A DNA stretch of 64,000 bases. Source: Rhynchopus sp. YZ270_cl-10. Taxonomy: Eukaryota. Under the pieces are notes generated by a model. It searched no databases and had not been told where the DNA came from. It was given only the letters and a program-made list of their open reading frames with translations. This document shows positions 36,721-47,883 of the stretch, piece after piece; the stretch's first letter is position 1, and the number at the start of each line of letters is the position of its first letter. A program made the position numbers and the translations under genes. The stretch covers positions 124,001-188,000 of the forward strand of contig OZ037836.1 of NCBI GenBank assembly GCA_964035575.1, given 5' to 3'.

Positions 36721-37599
36721 TTGTTTGTTGTGGTTTTGTGTTCTGAGCTCTGTGTGTGGTGGTGGGGTGCGGAGGACAACAAACCCTTGTGGTCCTTCTG
36801 AAAGAACCTTGCTTATGTTTACAGTGTTCCGACACCACTGATCGAGTGTACAATCAGCCTGGAGCAAATGTGGCAAAACTACTAAACTAAAAGGGGGGGA
36901 GACGGGGTGGACGTTTGAGTTGTATTCTGTTTTAGTATTTACACCGCCATCCTTTTCCTTGTGGCTCATTATTTGCTTTCTTTATGTTTGTGGACAGCCT
37001 CCCAGTGAAGCGTGTGACCCATGCTCTAGGTATGGGATGTGCTTGCTTTATGCTTATTATTACTCCAAAGCTTATTTGATAAAAATGGGTGAAAACAGTT
37101 AGAGCGATCGTAGCATTTCCCCTGTCAACTGCGTTTGAACTAGAAGCAAAAGAGAAAAATCCAGCACGTGTGGAAGAAGAAAAGCAGAGGAAAATATTTG
37201 TTTGAACTTTCTGATTCAAAGTGATGTTTACTTTTTGGGCACGGGGCGGAGAATGAAACCTGTTCGATAAAAGAAACGGGAGCTTCTTGTTATATCTCGT
37301 TCAAGACGATTGGGGAACAATCAAATGTGTGGGAAATAATAAAAACCGCGTTTGCCTTCAGTTTAGTTGGTACGCTACTCACGTCATACGCACAAACAAA
37401 AAAGTCCCACACGTATGAATCATTACCACCACAAAGTATTTGTCCTGATAAAGAAAATAGCGTGAGATAATCTGAACGTACACGCTGTGTGCTGTGCTAC
37501 ATTGCAGGCTTCCTCAAACACAAATGACACGTGAGCCACCACTTGGTACCGCGAACCTCGCCAATTCTGAGGCTGAAACCACCACAGCACACCTCATCG

Positions 37600-38732
37600 T
37601 CATTGTGCGGGTCTCTGTCGTTTGTGTGCCTGCTCGGGGGATTCGTCTCTGCTGCGTTTCGGACGTGCTTCAACCACAAGCTTACTCAGCTCTCCGTTCC
37701 TCACTTCGTCGGACACAGCACTGCTGCAGCCGGTAAGGTAAATACTCTTCAATGACGGCAACGAAGTGCAACATTCAACAAATGGATGAACAACATCAGC
37801 AACCCTGCTGAGTGGTGACAGATCTAGGGTGGTTAAACCTTCGCAGTGCCAGAGAAAGAAGCCACCGACTTCTGCCAAGTTTCGAAGTGGTGAGAGATCC
37901 AGAGTGGTTATAGCTTTGCAGTCCTCAAGAAAGTAATGACCAAGCACGGTCACGTTGCTAAGTGGCGAGAGATCGAGGGTCGTAAATTTGCAGCCGGAGA
38001 GAAAGCAGTCACCAACCACCGTCACACTGCTCAACCCAAAGATGTCGATGCTTGTTAACGATGTGCACTCGGACAGAAAGTTGTCACCAACCTGTGTCAC
38101 ATTGCACAACCCAGAAAGGTCGATGCTTGTTAACGAGGTGCAGTAGCAGAGAAACTCATCTCCAATGCGTGTCACAAAGGACACAGCACTCAGATCAAGT
38201 GTTGTTAACGATGAACCCGACAAGAACTCGTCCGGAATAACAGTCGCAACCTCCGCCTGAAGAAGCAAACACGCCACCTCAGGATCCTCCACAGTGGCCA
38301 ACGCCTCTGCCGTGATGTTTGTCTCACCCAACGCATGAAGTGCTGCTATGGCTTCGTACTTCTGTGTTTTTGTGAGGTGGGGGCCCGTTTTCGATGCATG
38401 CACCCCTATCCGAGATAGGTGATACAATACATCGTGGGGGTGATGTTACATAAGTCCATCACCGCCCCTGCTGTGCCCATCCTTCTGCTTCGTCTGCTTC
38501 TTCTTGAAGAAGCCTCCTTCTGTGTTTTTGTGAGGATGATTGTGTCACCAGCACTCAGCTGAGTCATGTCCGCTCCTTCTCCCATCGCTTCGTCTCCGAA
38601 ACTCATGCAAAAGCTGTCTTCAGGCAACCCCATTGAAGACGCCACCTTCCGCCGCAAGTCCTCCACTGTGTCATCTGCACCCACCTCGACTGTGTGCTGA
38701 TTCGCTCTGAAATCCTCGAAGTGCACGTCCAT
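37600..38732 (-). pseudogene. UBL-LRR-NLS copy split by a 139-bp insertion
   Basis: UBL (38732-38517) and LRR/NLS (38377-37600) halves are separated by a TSD-flanked insert that introduces a stop. Confidence 0.85.
38378..38516 (-). mobile_element. 139-bp retroposed insertion with 19-bp TSD (5'-truncated LINE end or SINE)
   Basis: CTTCTGTGTTTTTGTGAGG duplicated at 38359-38377 and 38517-38535; related sequence at about 24770-24815. Strand inferred from an ORF-end-like reading GFFKKKQTKQKDGHSRGGDGLM*. Confidence 0.8.
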
Positions 38733-38932
38733 TTGTTTGTTGTGGTCTGATATCTGTGGTGGGGTGTGGAGGACAACAAACCCTTGTGGTCCTTCTGAAA
38801 GAACCTTGCTTATGTTCAGTGTTCCGACACCACTGATCGAGTGTACAATCAGCCTGGAGCAAATGTGGCAAAACTACTAAACTAAAAGGGGGGGAGACGG
38901 GGTGGACGTTTGATTGCTTGATTGTTTGATTA

Positions 38933-40781
38933 CTGAGGGGGGGCTAATAAAGTATACGGGGGTAATAAAGTATACGGCGCGGAAACCCATTTTGAGCGTG
39001 GAAATCTGTGAAATAAAGTATAGTCCTACTATACGGGTTTTGTGTACATTTTTCTTACTAAAAATTTTTTACAGCATTTTTTGCACAAAAAATCGAAATT
39101 TTTTTTTTTTGATTTCGGTGGTCCGGATTCTGTGCGTGCTGTGATGGGGTCACTTTGCGCTAAGAAATGAGTATTTTTGACCTAAAACGCGTGTATAAGT
39201 TTTCACACGATTGGTGCCTGATGGGGTTCAGATTTGTGAAAATTTAAGTCACCAAAAAGTTGTTCATTTTTCCACATTGACCCCACCACTGACTGGGATT
39301 GGCCCAAAAATGTCAATGGTGGTGTTTTCGCGAGGTTTCGGCCACTAGAAACCCCAAAATAACAGTGATTTTTTTTTTTTTTTCCCTGCAGGCAGGGTCC
39401 TAGCTTGGTTTTGAAAAAAAATACCAAATCTGGGTCAGAATTTTTTTTTTGGGTCAGCAGAGGTTTTGGGCCTTGGGGGGCTTGTCTTGGCTTTTTTGGG
39501 TTTTCCGAGCTCTACCCTCACTGTGGTGGGGTCATTTCAGAAAAATGGACAAGTTCTTGACTGATACAATTTTTGGCCACTACGACTAGTGAGTTGCTCA
39601 CAACGTTAAATGGAACGCTACTATAACCATAAAAATCACTTCCCGTTCATAGATCACCCAACACAAAATATATAAAATGGCGCCGCAGGCGAAAAAAATT
39701 AGGGTACGGTGTAAAAATGTAGCTTTTTACACCACAGAGTCAGTCTACGAACCCTTTTTTGCGGAGCAAAAAAGGAAAAATGGCGCCGCAGGCAAAAAAA
39801 ATTGGGTCCAGCCCTGGACGGTGCCGGATTTTTTTGTCGATATTTTTTTCTTACCCCAGAAAAGGTGGTGGGCCCCCAAAGAGGGGAAAAAATCAGAATT
39901 TCCCAATTTCCAAATTAATTAATTCCCTTTTTTTTTTTTTTCCGTGGGTCGCGACCCAGGCACTTGGGTCAGCTTGACCCACTGACCCAGGCAAGCTAGG
40001 ACTCTGCTGCAGGGTTTCCGCCAGGATTTGGGGTTTCAGGAATTGGGGGGGACTATCAAAAAGACCCCTCAAAAAAAATTTTTCTCCCCGCAAAAGCGGT
40101 CGTCGCGCGCTTCGCGCGCGCCTCCCTGCAGGCCACAGAGTGGAGAGGCGAAGGGCAGGTTTGATAGCAGCCATGTCAAGCTTCACAGCTGTGTTGTCTG
40201 GTAGAGGTGGTTTGTTTGGAGGTCGGGGGTGGAAGCTTAACAAGGTAAGGGGTCCTGTGAGAGTGGAGGGTAATGGTGTTTGCTTTTTCTATTGTATGGT
40301 GCTACAGTCATTACAGTGCTGCAGTGGGAACATGTAATAACTACCCGTCGCTTGCACCGAAGCCTCCTTAGAAAAAGGGGCAATGCACGGAAGTATCGAT
40401 GGAAGTATATCAATATCACATAGCTAGCAACACAGCGCCGCAGGCGCACGGTACGCTACTTTTACCCTTTTTTTAAAAGATTGCACCACCCCCTTTTTCT
40501 TCCACTTCTTCTGGCACAGCGAGCCAAATGCTCTGCACGGTGGGGTCGCATGACCACGGGGGATCATCTACAACCTCCAAAACCCCATTTTTCTTGGGGG
40601 GGACCATGGTCCCCCCCAAACCCCTGTAAAAATCCGGATTTTTCTGGGAAAAATATTGGGGGGGTCCATGGTCCCCCCCGGTCCCCCTTGGCGGAAACCC
40701 TGTCCCTTTTCGTTTTTTGGCCATTTAAGCAGTAATTCCCGCCGAATAAAGTATACGTATACTTTAATAGCTCCCCCCCAG
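38933..40781. mobile_element. Non-autonomous TIR element with TA TSD (Tc1/mariner-IS630-like), 1849 bp
   Basis: Left CTGAGGGGGGGCTAATAAAGTATACG; right end reverse complement CTGGGGGGGAGCTATTAAAGTATACG (3 mismatches); TA on both sides; no transposase ORF. Confidence 0.75.
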
Positions 40782-41044
40782 TAATACAATTACAGCACAC
40801 AGATGCAGCAAAATGGCTCGCTTTTGCGGGTGGCGAAATGCCATCTCTTTGTTCTTCGACACGGCTGCTTTAAGCGGGTTGTTTTACGGATCGAGGAGCA
40901 GGAGCTCAGCTATATTGAATTGAATTGGAGAAGAGGATGCGTCCAATGAAAATCACGTCAGTAGAAAAGTTCGAGAATGTAGGTTTTATTATTTTTGCAT
41001 GTCCCTAAAAGATATAAAAAACCTTTGCTTTTTGTGTAGCACAA

Positions 41045-42516
41045 TTTTACTTTTCCTTCCTTCAAAACTTCACACACACTTTTGGTTTTGGAAGACACAA
41101 CAAGGTGCCAGGTTCTGTGATAAGCACGGAACCGCCCTGCACCTGTTTGTCATATTGCTTCCCGTGCAATGCATGGGGAAACGTTTCGCTGTCGAAACTA
41201 GGGGAGAGATGACAATACAGGCAACAGGGTTTTTAATTTGAGACGTTTGCATAATATTATACTTCTGATATATGACCCAAGACAAGAGAAACGTAAGAAG
41301 AGCAGCACGCCGGTTGGCTGTGTACTGACAGAGCAAAAAGAAGCATGTATTCATGCTCCCAAGGGAGGGATCAGAGAAACGTCACAAGAACGCCACATCG
41401 AGGTGGCAGAAATATCGTAAGAAAAGACACATGAAAACGCATATCAGTACCGACCACAAGATCACTTCCCAGGACGGGACAAATCAACACAAGATCTTAC
41501 GTCAAGCATTACAGGTACAAAATTCATATGTCTTCGGCAGTAGAAAAGATAGCAAATAGTGTGCAAGCAGCACAGAGAGAGACAACACGACACATCCAAG
41601 CAAAGATTCACATTAATGCAAGAGACTACAGAGCTCTACCCCTGGAGAGACAAGCCCATCTGGCGCTCCGTCTCCTATCACCCGGGATCAACAAGCATAC
41701 AAGTGGAATCGAGAACTCCCTGGAAAGACGAGCCCATACGGTACTCAGTCTCTTTATCACCCGGGATCAACAAGATCTCTACGCAAGCAGAACCAACCCA
41801 TGCGAGAAGCCACAAGAACTCTACTCCTGGAATCACCCGGGATCATCAAGAACTCAGATCAAGCAGGGTTACCCAGTATTAGCTCATCGACCTTCGTGCA
41901 ACAGGAAGACATAAAACAGTTTGAAAAAAGCAACAGAGAGAAACAACATGAAAAAAACATGTAACGCGAGGGAAAACAAACAATGCGCGAACAGAGATAG
42001 AGCTAATCAAGCAAGCAAGCCAATGAGGCACAACTTTTGAAGAAGAAATCAGGGAGTGGAGGGAGAGAAAGCTTTTTGATAAAAATCAATGAACATAAAG
42101 GGGGGGGAGGGATAATTGTAGTGGGGGATAACTGTAGAATGGCGGATAAAATAAAAAATATCGCCAGTTTTTTCTTCTCAAAAAATGGGGGATAGTTGTA
42201 GTGGGGGATAAAAAAAAATATCTCTCTTTTTTCCCACCTGAATATCCCCATCCCCAAGGAAAATCCACACCAAAAACGCGGTGTGGGAAGTGGGGGATAA
42301 CTGTAGTGGGGGATAAAATAAAATAAAATGGGAGAGAAAAAACGGGGGATAATTGTTTTATCCCCCACCCCCCTTTAAAAAACCAGCGCGTGTGGAAAAA
42401 GAAATAATGGAAAATATTATTTCTGATTCAAAGTGGTGTTTACGTTTTGGGTACGGGGTGGAGAATTAAATCTGTTCGATAAAAGAAACGCAAGCTCTTT
42501 TACTTTATCTTGTTCA
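41045..42516. mobile_element. Non-autonomous A-internal-B element inserted without TSD
   Basis: Homologous to 2302-5081. The flanks join to TGTGTAGCACAA|ACAAAA, the uninterrupted sequence seen at about 53258-53275 and 51771-51790. Confidence 0.85.
42098..42375. mobile_element. Nested 278-bp MITE with TA TSD
   Basis: TIRs AAGGGGGGGGAGGGATAA / TTATCCCCCACCCCCCTT (2 mismatches), TA at 42096-42097 and 42376-42377; interrupts terminus B; internal GGGGATAACTGTAGT repeats. Confidence 0.8.
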
Positions 42517-43108
42517 ACAAAACATCCCACATGTTTGAATCATTACCCACTACAAAGTATTTGTCCTGATAAAAATATATAGCGTGAGATAATCTGAACG
42601 TACACGCTGTGTGCTGTGCTACATAGCGGGCTTCCTCAAATACAAATGGCACGTGAGACACCACTTGGCACCACGAACCTCGCCAATTCTGAGGCTGAAC
42701 CCACCACAGCACACCTCATCGTCATTGTGCGTGTTTCTGCCGTTTGTGTGCTTGCTGGGGGGATTCGTCTCTGCTGCGTTTCGGACGTGCTTTAACAACC
42801 ACAAGCTCGCGCAGCTCTACATTCCCCATTGCGTCGGACACAGCACTGCTGCAGCCGGTAAGGTAAACACTCCTCAACGAAGTGCAATACTCAATAAATG
42901 GATTACCAACATTAGTAACCCTGCTGAGTGGTGACAAATCTAGGGTGGTTAAACCTTCGCAGGCCCAGAGAACGTGGCTACCAATTTCTGTCAAGTTGCT
43001 GAGTGGTGAGAGATCCAGAGTGGTTAAAGCTTAAACTTGTTGACGTGACCCATCCCCACCTTCCCAGATGAACTGAGAGGTGAGAAAGGCGCCACGTGAC
43101 CACCTTCG

Positions 43109-46100
43109 TTATCGCGGGGCAAACCCGAGACGCCCCTGGGACGTGTCGTGGTGCCCTTTCCCGCAACAGGCCTGAGGAGACGCCAGCATCGGCAATCCGT
43201 CCTTCTTCCTCTTCCGTCCCGCCTGTACACATGCACCGCAAGCACCCCTCCCGTGGGCCACACAGTTGTGGTGTTTCTGACAGCACTGCTTCATCGACAC
43301 GTTCCCCGCACCCGCACACTGTCCGCACATCGAGAAGTTATGCACCTCACACGCCTCACGCGCCTCCACACAGTCACCCAAAATAAGCTCATCACAATGG
43401 TGCGTCGCACAGCACGCCGTGATGGAGATGTTGTTGTGCTCGCAGTCCCCGCATCGCATCTTGGTGTGTATGTCACACACCCGCATGGTCCCCACCTTCC
43501 TCCTTACGTCCACACGCACAGCCGGTGTCTGCCGCCTGCGTGCCACCTGCCGTCGAATCTGCGCTGCCGCAACTGCAGCTAGCGCAGCTCTACTACGCAC
43601 CTCCTCTGCCTGCTTCTGCTCTTCCTTCGTTTCCTTCCAGCGTTCGTTCTTTGCGGAGCGTTCTTCTGGAGTGGAAGTGTGAGCTACATCCGCGTCGTCA
43701 CCCCACCTCGCCTTCGTCTTTTCTTTTTGTCGGGAGAGTGCTCTCCGCGACGTCGCTTTCTCCTGCAACTCCTTCAGGTACCCTTCAACCCCCGCCGCAT
43801 GCGTCAGCACAGGTCGCACAGAATACCCCGTCATGATCCCCGCACCCAGTTCCTGTAAGTGGTGCACCTCCCTCTTCTCCACTCCTTTCCATACGTCCCT
43901 TCCATGCGCCATCGTTTTCGCCGTCCGCATCATGGCACCAAAAGATTCGGCCCTCTTCAACACCGTCTCACCCGGTACGTCCAACCCCGAGAAGATCTCA
44001 AAGTCCAGCATGAGCTCGAGCTGCGTGATGGGGGGCGTTGTGCCATCAGGCCAACGCAATGCAGCGAGCCATGCCTTCAGCGCCCAGAAGTGGTCTTCCG
44101 TCCAGCGTGGACTCTTCTTCATGTATTTGCTCCCCCACAGTACGTTCTCCAGCGGGTTGTAGCTCTCAAGCACTGCACCCTCCTGAGGATTCCAGCCCCA
44201 AGGAAAAAGGGATTGGCCCACCACCGCCTGCTTCTTCTTCTTCTGCGAAAACCCATGTTCCACGTCGTACTTCTGCCTTGCCAGCGCGATGCTGACCAGC
44301 ATCAGTTGCACACGACGCACCGTCTGCTCTCTCTCCGCAACACTCAGCTCCTGCAAGAATATCGTCGGCACCAGGCCAAAGTCCAAGAAGCACGGGGGTG
44401 CGTCTTTGAGCAAAACCCTGAGTTTTCCGATGTCCTCTCCACGAATTTCGTCCCACTGCGGGCACCACCACCAAGCGTGTCTCCGGTCCTCTATCGCCTC
44501 ACCACAGTATCGGCACAACGAAGACTCCACCTCCTTGTTCCTCAGTAGCTGCACCCCCACCAACTGAGAACCCGACAAGGCTCCGCGTATCGCGCCCGCC
44601 AGGTATCTGTCGGTCGTGCGGTCCTTCCACACTGCGTTCGTCGCCTGGCGATCCACACCTCCCTCAATGCCCTGCATCGACGGCCTCGTCGTCACTGTCA
44701 GGCGGTACGCGTGTGCACGGATGCCCTCTCTCAGCTCATGCAGCCATTTGCCCTTGTCCCACAGACGAACGTGCACCCTCAACCCGATGTGTGTCGTCCA
44801 GAAGTCGAAGCTGCTCCACCGCCATCCGTATCGCTCCAGGTCGTCCCACAACAACTCTATCACACCCTTCTTGTGCACTTCAGTTTCCCTTGGGTTGGCA
44901 ACCCCAGGGTTCTCGCGCCGGAGACGTGCCAGATCTGAAGCCCTGTCACGCCGCCTCACCTCCCGCTCCGCTCTTCGGTCATGTGCCAGCCTCCACACTT
45001 CTTCTGCTTCTCTCCGCATGCCGTCATCTTCTGTCAGTCGAAGAAAGGCCGCCATCCTCCTCTGTACAATCTCCGCTGGCGCATCAATCCCGACCGGAGA
45101 CAACACATGCCACACAATGTTCAGCGTGCGCTGCTTCCTGCCCTGCCCCCAGATTGCTAGTGCAGCCCCTTGCCTCAGCGTCTCGATGGTCTGCTTCGAG
45201 AAGTCTGTCACTTCACACCCATGCAACGCTGCCATCATTGGTCCCCTTGCGCCAATAAGTGCCTTCTCAGTGAAGGATAATGGCACACTCGAAACCCTCG
45301 TAAACACACGGTGCGCAGTAACCGCACGCTCACGCGCGATGGGCCCGAAGTTCCCCTTTCCAGCCAAAATGTCTGCTCCAACCGCCCCGAACTGCTTCTT
45401 GTCGGGGAAGAACCCGTCGCCAAGTCCAAACTTCGTCTTTGTTCCCTCCTTCGAGGTAAACCCTACGCACTTCTCTGCTTTGACCTCCATGTCCGCAGCA
45501 GTGATGAACTCCTTCGTCACCCTCGCAGCACCATGCACCTCCGCTTCCGTGTTCGCCACAGCGTACACGTCGTCAGCGTACCCCATGGCGATTGCTCCGG
45601 TCCTTCTCGTCACTGCAGATCCCCACACCGCCATCAGCGCGTTCAACAGCACGACAGAAAGTGGGCATCCTTGCAGGATACCATTTGTCGTGCGGAAAGC
45701 GCCTCCCACACCTACGTCTCCCAACTTGAAGCGGCGTTCCATGGCAGTGTACGCCGCCCTCAGTGGTCCAAGAATACGCCAGTGCGCGCCCCACTCCTCC
45801 GCCAGCGATAGCACAATCTCATGAGGCACACGATCGAAACATTTGGCGTAGTCGATCGTGAAACCCCATACCTGGTCTGTGTCGTCACCCGACAGCACCG
45901 CCTTCTCCAGCTTGAGCGACAAATGCCAGTACAGGTGTGCAGTGCTGTGTCCTGCTCTGAAGCCGTGCTGTTGCTCACCAATCCAGCTTTCCTGCCACTT
46001 TATCAGTCTTCGCAACCTCGCTGCCGCCCACAGCCTGTACACACACGATGTGATCGTGATAGGCCGCTGCTTCAGCGGAGTGTCGTCTTCCCCTTTGGGG

Positions 46101-47875
46101 ATGAGCGCAATGAGTGCTCTCATCAAAGAAGGCGGCCACTCCCCCGTACACTCAATCGCATCAAACACATCTGCCAGCCTGTCGAGCAGCACCAGAGGAA
46201 GCGCCTTCAGCTCTGCCATGCGCCAACCCTCCACCCCAGCAGAAGTTTGTGTCTTCATCCTCCCCAGAGTTTGCTGCAACTCCTTCCCCGTCAGCCTGTC
46301 CATCTGCATCGCTTGCCCCTTGCCTGCGATGTCTTCTGCAAACTTCTCCCTGAACGCACCCCAGTCGGGCTCTGGCTTTTCCGCATATCGGCGAAGAATC
46401 GGCATCCACGCCTCATGCAGGAGGGTGTCCATCTCCTCAGCGTTGGCGGTGAACTTCCCATCCTCGTTCTTCAGGGCAGTCATCTTCCTGTACTGCTCGT
46501 CCTTGCAGTATTTGAAGATCGCCTTGGGAGCATTGTGCCATGCATCCCGTAGGCGCTGCCGCCAGTCCTCCAGTCGCTTCCGCTTCACTCGGTCCGCAAG
46601 CGTTGACACCTTCACTCGCACAGCTCTGCACAGATCCACCAAAGCCTCCTCGCTAGGCATATCCTGTTGCAGTGAGTCGTCGTCCAGCAGAACGCGCAGT
46701 TCCTTCCGCGCCTTGCTCCAACAATTGCACACGTCATGTGGCGGCACACCACCGTTGCTCCTCACGTACCACAGCCGACATTCTTCCAGCCTGCCCACGT
46801 TCTTCGTCAGCCTTCTTTGGCTCACTGTCAGAGCGTCCCCTTCCTTGCTCTGCTTCGCAGTCCGGTGCTTCGGCTTCGGGTCAAACGTTTTGCCTCTTCC
46901 GCAATACGCCTTCGTCGGGCCCTCAATCTCGCCTTCGCACGCCTGCAGCAAGAAGTCCTCTGCCCACTTATTCCACTGTATCCACCTATCCTGAGGGTGT
47001 TGAAGCGCCCCCCACTGCAGCTCCTTGCTCGCAAACGCCTTTTGTGCATTCTTCACGCCTTGTCCACACTTCTCCAAAGGGAACTGCTTCGGCAGAGTGT
47101 ACGCGAGCACGATCTGTCTGTACGCACCTACATCCAGCGCTATCTCTACCGGTCTGTGCTGCGGGAGCCCAGAGTCGTGGACAACCTTCACAGACGACAG
47201 CCCTGTGCACGCAGCTCGGTTCAGCAGAACGTAATCGAGCCTCTTGCGGATCTCCTTGCCCTCCTTCACTGAGAAGTAGGTGTTGTCCGGGGTCGTCCCA
47301 AGCACCCTTGCGTGCTCTTCGGCAGTGTCCTTCCACCATCCTGTGTCCAGTGTAGCAGCCAGCACACCTGATTTCCCTGGACCTGCGTTGAAATCCCCAC
47401 CAATCACCCCAGGAATATCACCAAGCTCTGCAGCAGCCTCCATCACCTCGCCAAGTATTTTCTCCCTAGCCTCCGGGTCCGCCGACGGCGCGTAGACGGA
47501 GGTCACGTCGATCCACTCGTTGCCTTTGCCGTACGCCACCTTCGCCTTCACCCATCGCGTTGAGTCCCAGAGGTTCTTTTCCAAGGTTGAGGAGGGCGGG
47601 CTCGTGAGCACAGGTATTCCCTCTTGCACCAGAATCGCAACACCACCAGATTTCGCTTCTTCGGCCGACCTCCATTCCGGCAACTCCTTACCCCACACCA
47701 CCTGCCAACCCTGCTCGCGGTACTCGATGGAGAGGCGCTTCTGCGTCGTCACGGTGCACTTTGTCTCTTGTACCAGAACAACGTGAGCATCCTCCGCAAC
47801 CTTCAGCAGAGAGCTCCCGCCTGTCTGCAGCGCCGTCACATTGCTGCACACTATCTTTAGTGGGGCAAGGCCCAC
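43109..47875 (-). CDS. LINE ORF2: APE endonuclease, reverse transcriptase, CCHC-like zinc knuckle, C-terminal triple Cys/His repeat
   Basis: APE motifs SNV, VQET, SVYAP, GGDFNA, RLDYV, QHRP; RT motifs QRPI, QHGFR, DYAKCFDRV, GILQGCPLS, YADD (45569-45580); CRYCGEAIEDRRHAWWWC. Start codon uncertain (no AUG). Confidence 0.93.
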   Translation of the reverse strand: MGLAPLKIVCSNVTALQTGGSSLLKVAEDAHVVLVQETKCTVTTQKRLSIEYREQGWQVVWGKELPEWRSAEEAKSGGVAILVQEGIPVLTSPPSSTLEKNLWDSTRWVKAKVAYGKGNEWIDVTSVYAPSADPEAREKILGEVMEAAAELGDIPGVIGGDFNAGPGKSGVLAATLDTGWWKDTAEEHARVLGTTPDNTYFSVKEGKEIRKRLDYVLLNRAACTGLSSVKVVHDSGLPQHRPVEIALDVGAYRQIVLAYTLPKQFPLEKCGQGVKNAQKAFASKELQWGALQHPQDRWIQWNKWAEDFLLQACEGEIEGPTKAYCGRGKTFDPKPKHRTAKQSKEGDALTVSQRRLTKNVGRLEECRLWYVRSNGGVPPHDVCNCWSKARKELRVLLDDDSLQQDMPSEEALVDLCRAVRVKVSTLADRVKRKRLEDWRQRLRDAWHNAPKAIFKYCKDEQYRKMTALKNEDGKFTANAEEMDTLLHEAWMPILRRYAEKPEPDWGAFREKFAEDIAGKGQAMQMDRLTGKELQQTLGRMKTQTSAGVEGWRMAELKALPLVLLDRLADVFDAIECTGEWPPSLMRALIALIPKGEDDTPLKQRPITITSCVYRLWAAARLRRLIKWQESWIGEQQHGFRAGHSTAHLYWHLSLKLEKAVLSGDDTDQVWGFTIDYAKCFDRVPHEIVLSLAEEWGAHWRILGPLRAAYTAMERRFKLGDVGVGGAFRTTNGILQGCPLSVVLLNALMAVWGSAVTRRTGAIAMGYADDVYAVANTEAEVHGAARVTKEFITAADMEVKAEKCVGFTSKEGTKTKFGLGDGFFPDKKQFGAVGADILAGKGNFGPIARERAVTAHRVFTRVSSVPLSFTEKALIGARGPMMAALHGCEVTDFSKQTIETLRQGAALAIWGQGRKQRTLNIVWHVLSPVGIDAPAEIVQRRMAAFLRLTEDDGMRREAEEVWRLAHDRRAEREVRRRDRASDLARLRRENPGVANPRETEVHKKGVIELLWDDLERYGWRWSSFDFWTTHIGLRVHVRLWDKGKWLHELREGIRAHAYRLTVTTRPSMQGIEGGVDRQATNAVWKDRTTDRYLAGAIRGALSGSQLVGVQLLRNKEVESSLCRYCGEAIEDRRHAWWWCPQWDEIRGEDIGKLRVLLKDAPPCFLDFGLVPTIFLQELSVAEREQTVRRVQLMLVSIALARQKYDVEHGFSQKKKKQAVVGQSLFPWGWNPQEGAVLESYNPLENVLWGSKYMKKSPRWTEDHFWALKAWLAALRWPDGTTPPITQLELMLDFEIFSGLDVPGETVLKRAESFGAMMRTAKTMAHGRDVWKGVEKREVHHLQELGAGIMTGYSVRPVLTHAAGVEGYLKELQEKATSRRALSRQKEKTKARWGDDADVAHTSTPEERSAKNERWKETKEEQKQAEEVRSRAALAAVAAAQIRRQVARRRQTPAVRVDVRRKVGTMRVCDIHTKMRCGDCEHNNISITACCATHHCDELILGDCVEAREACEVHNFSMCGQCAGAGNVSMKQCCQKHHNCVAHGRGACGACVQAGRKRKKDGLPMLASPQACCGKGHHDTSQGRLGFAPR

Positions 47876-47883
47876 GGTCGTGA

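Noticed and set aside
38378..38516. Second HDV-like ribozyme in the 139-bp insert (GGGGGCC...GCCCCT)
   Set aside because: Only a simple hairpin can be formed; no P2, P1.1 or J4/2 arrangement.
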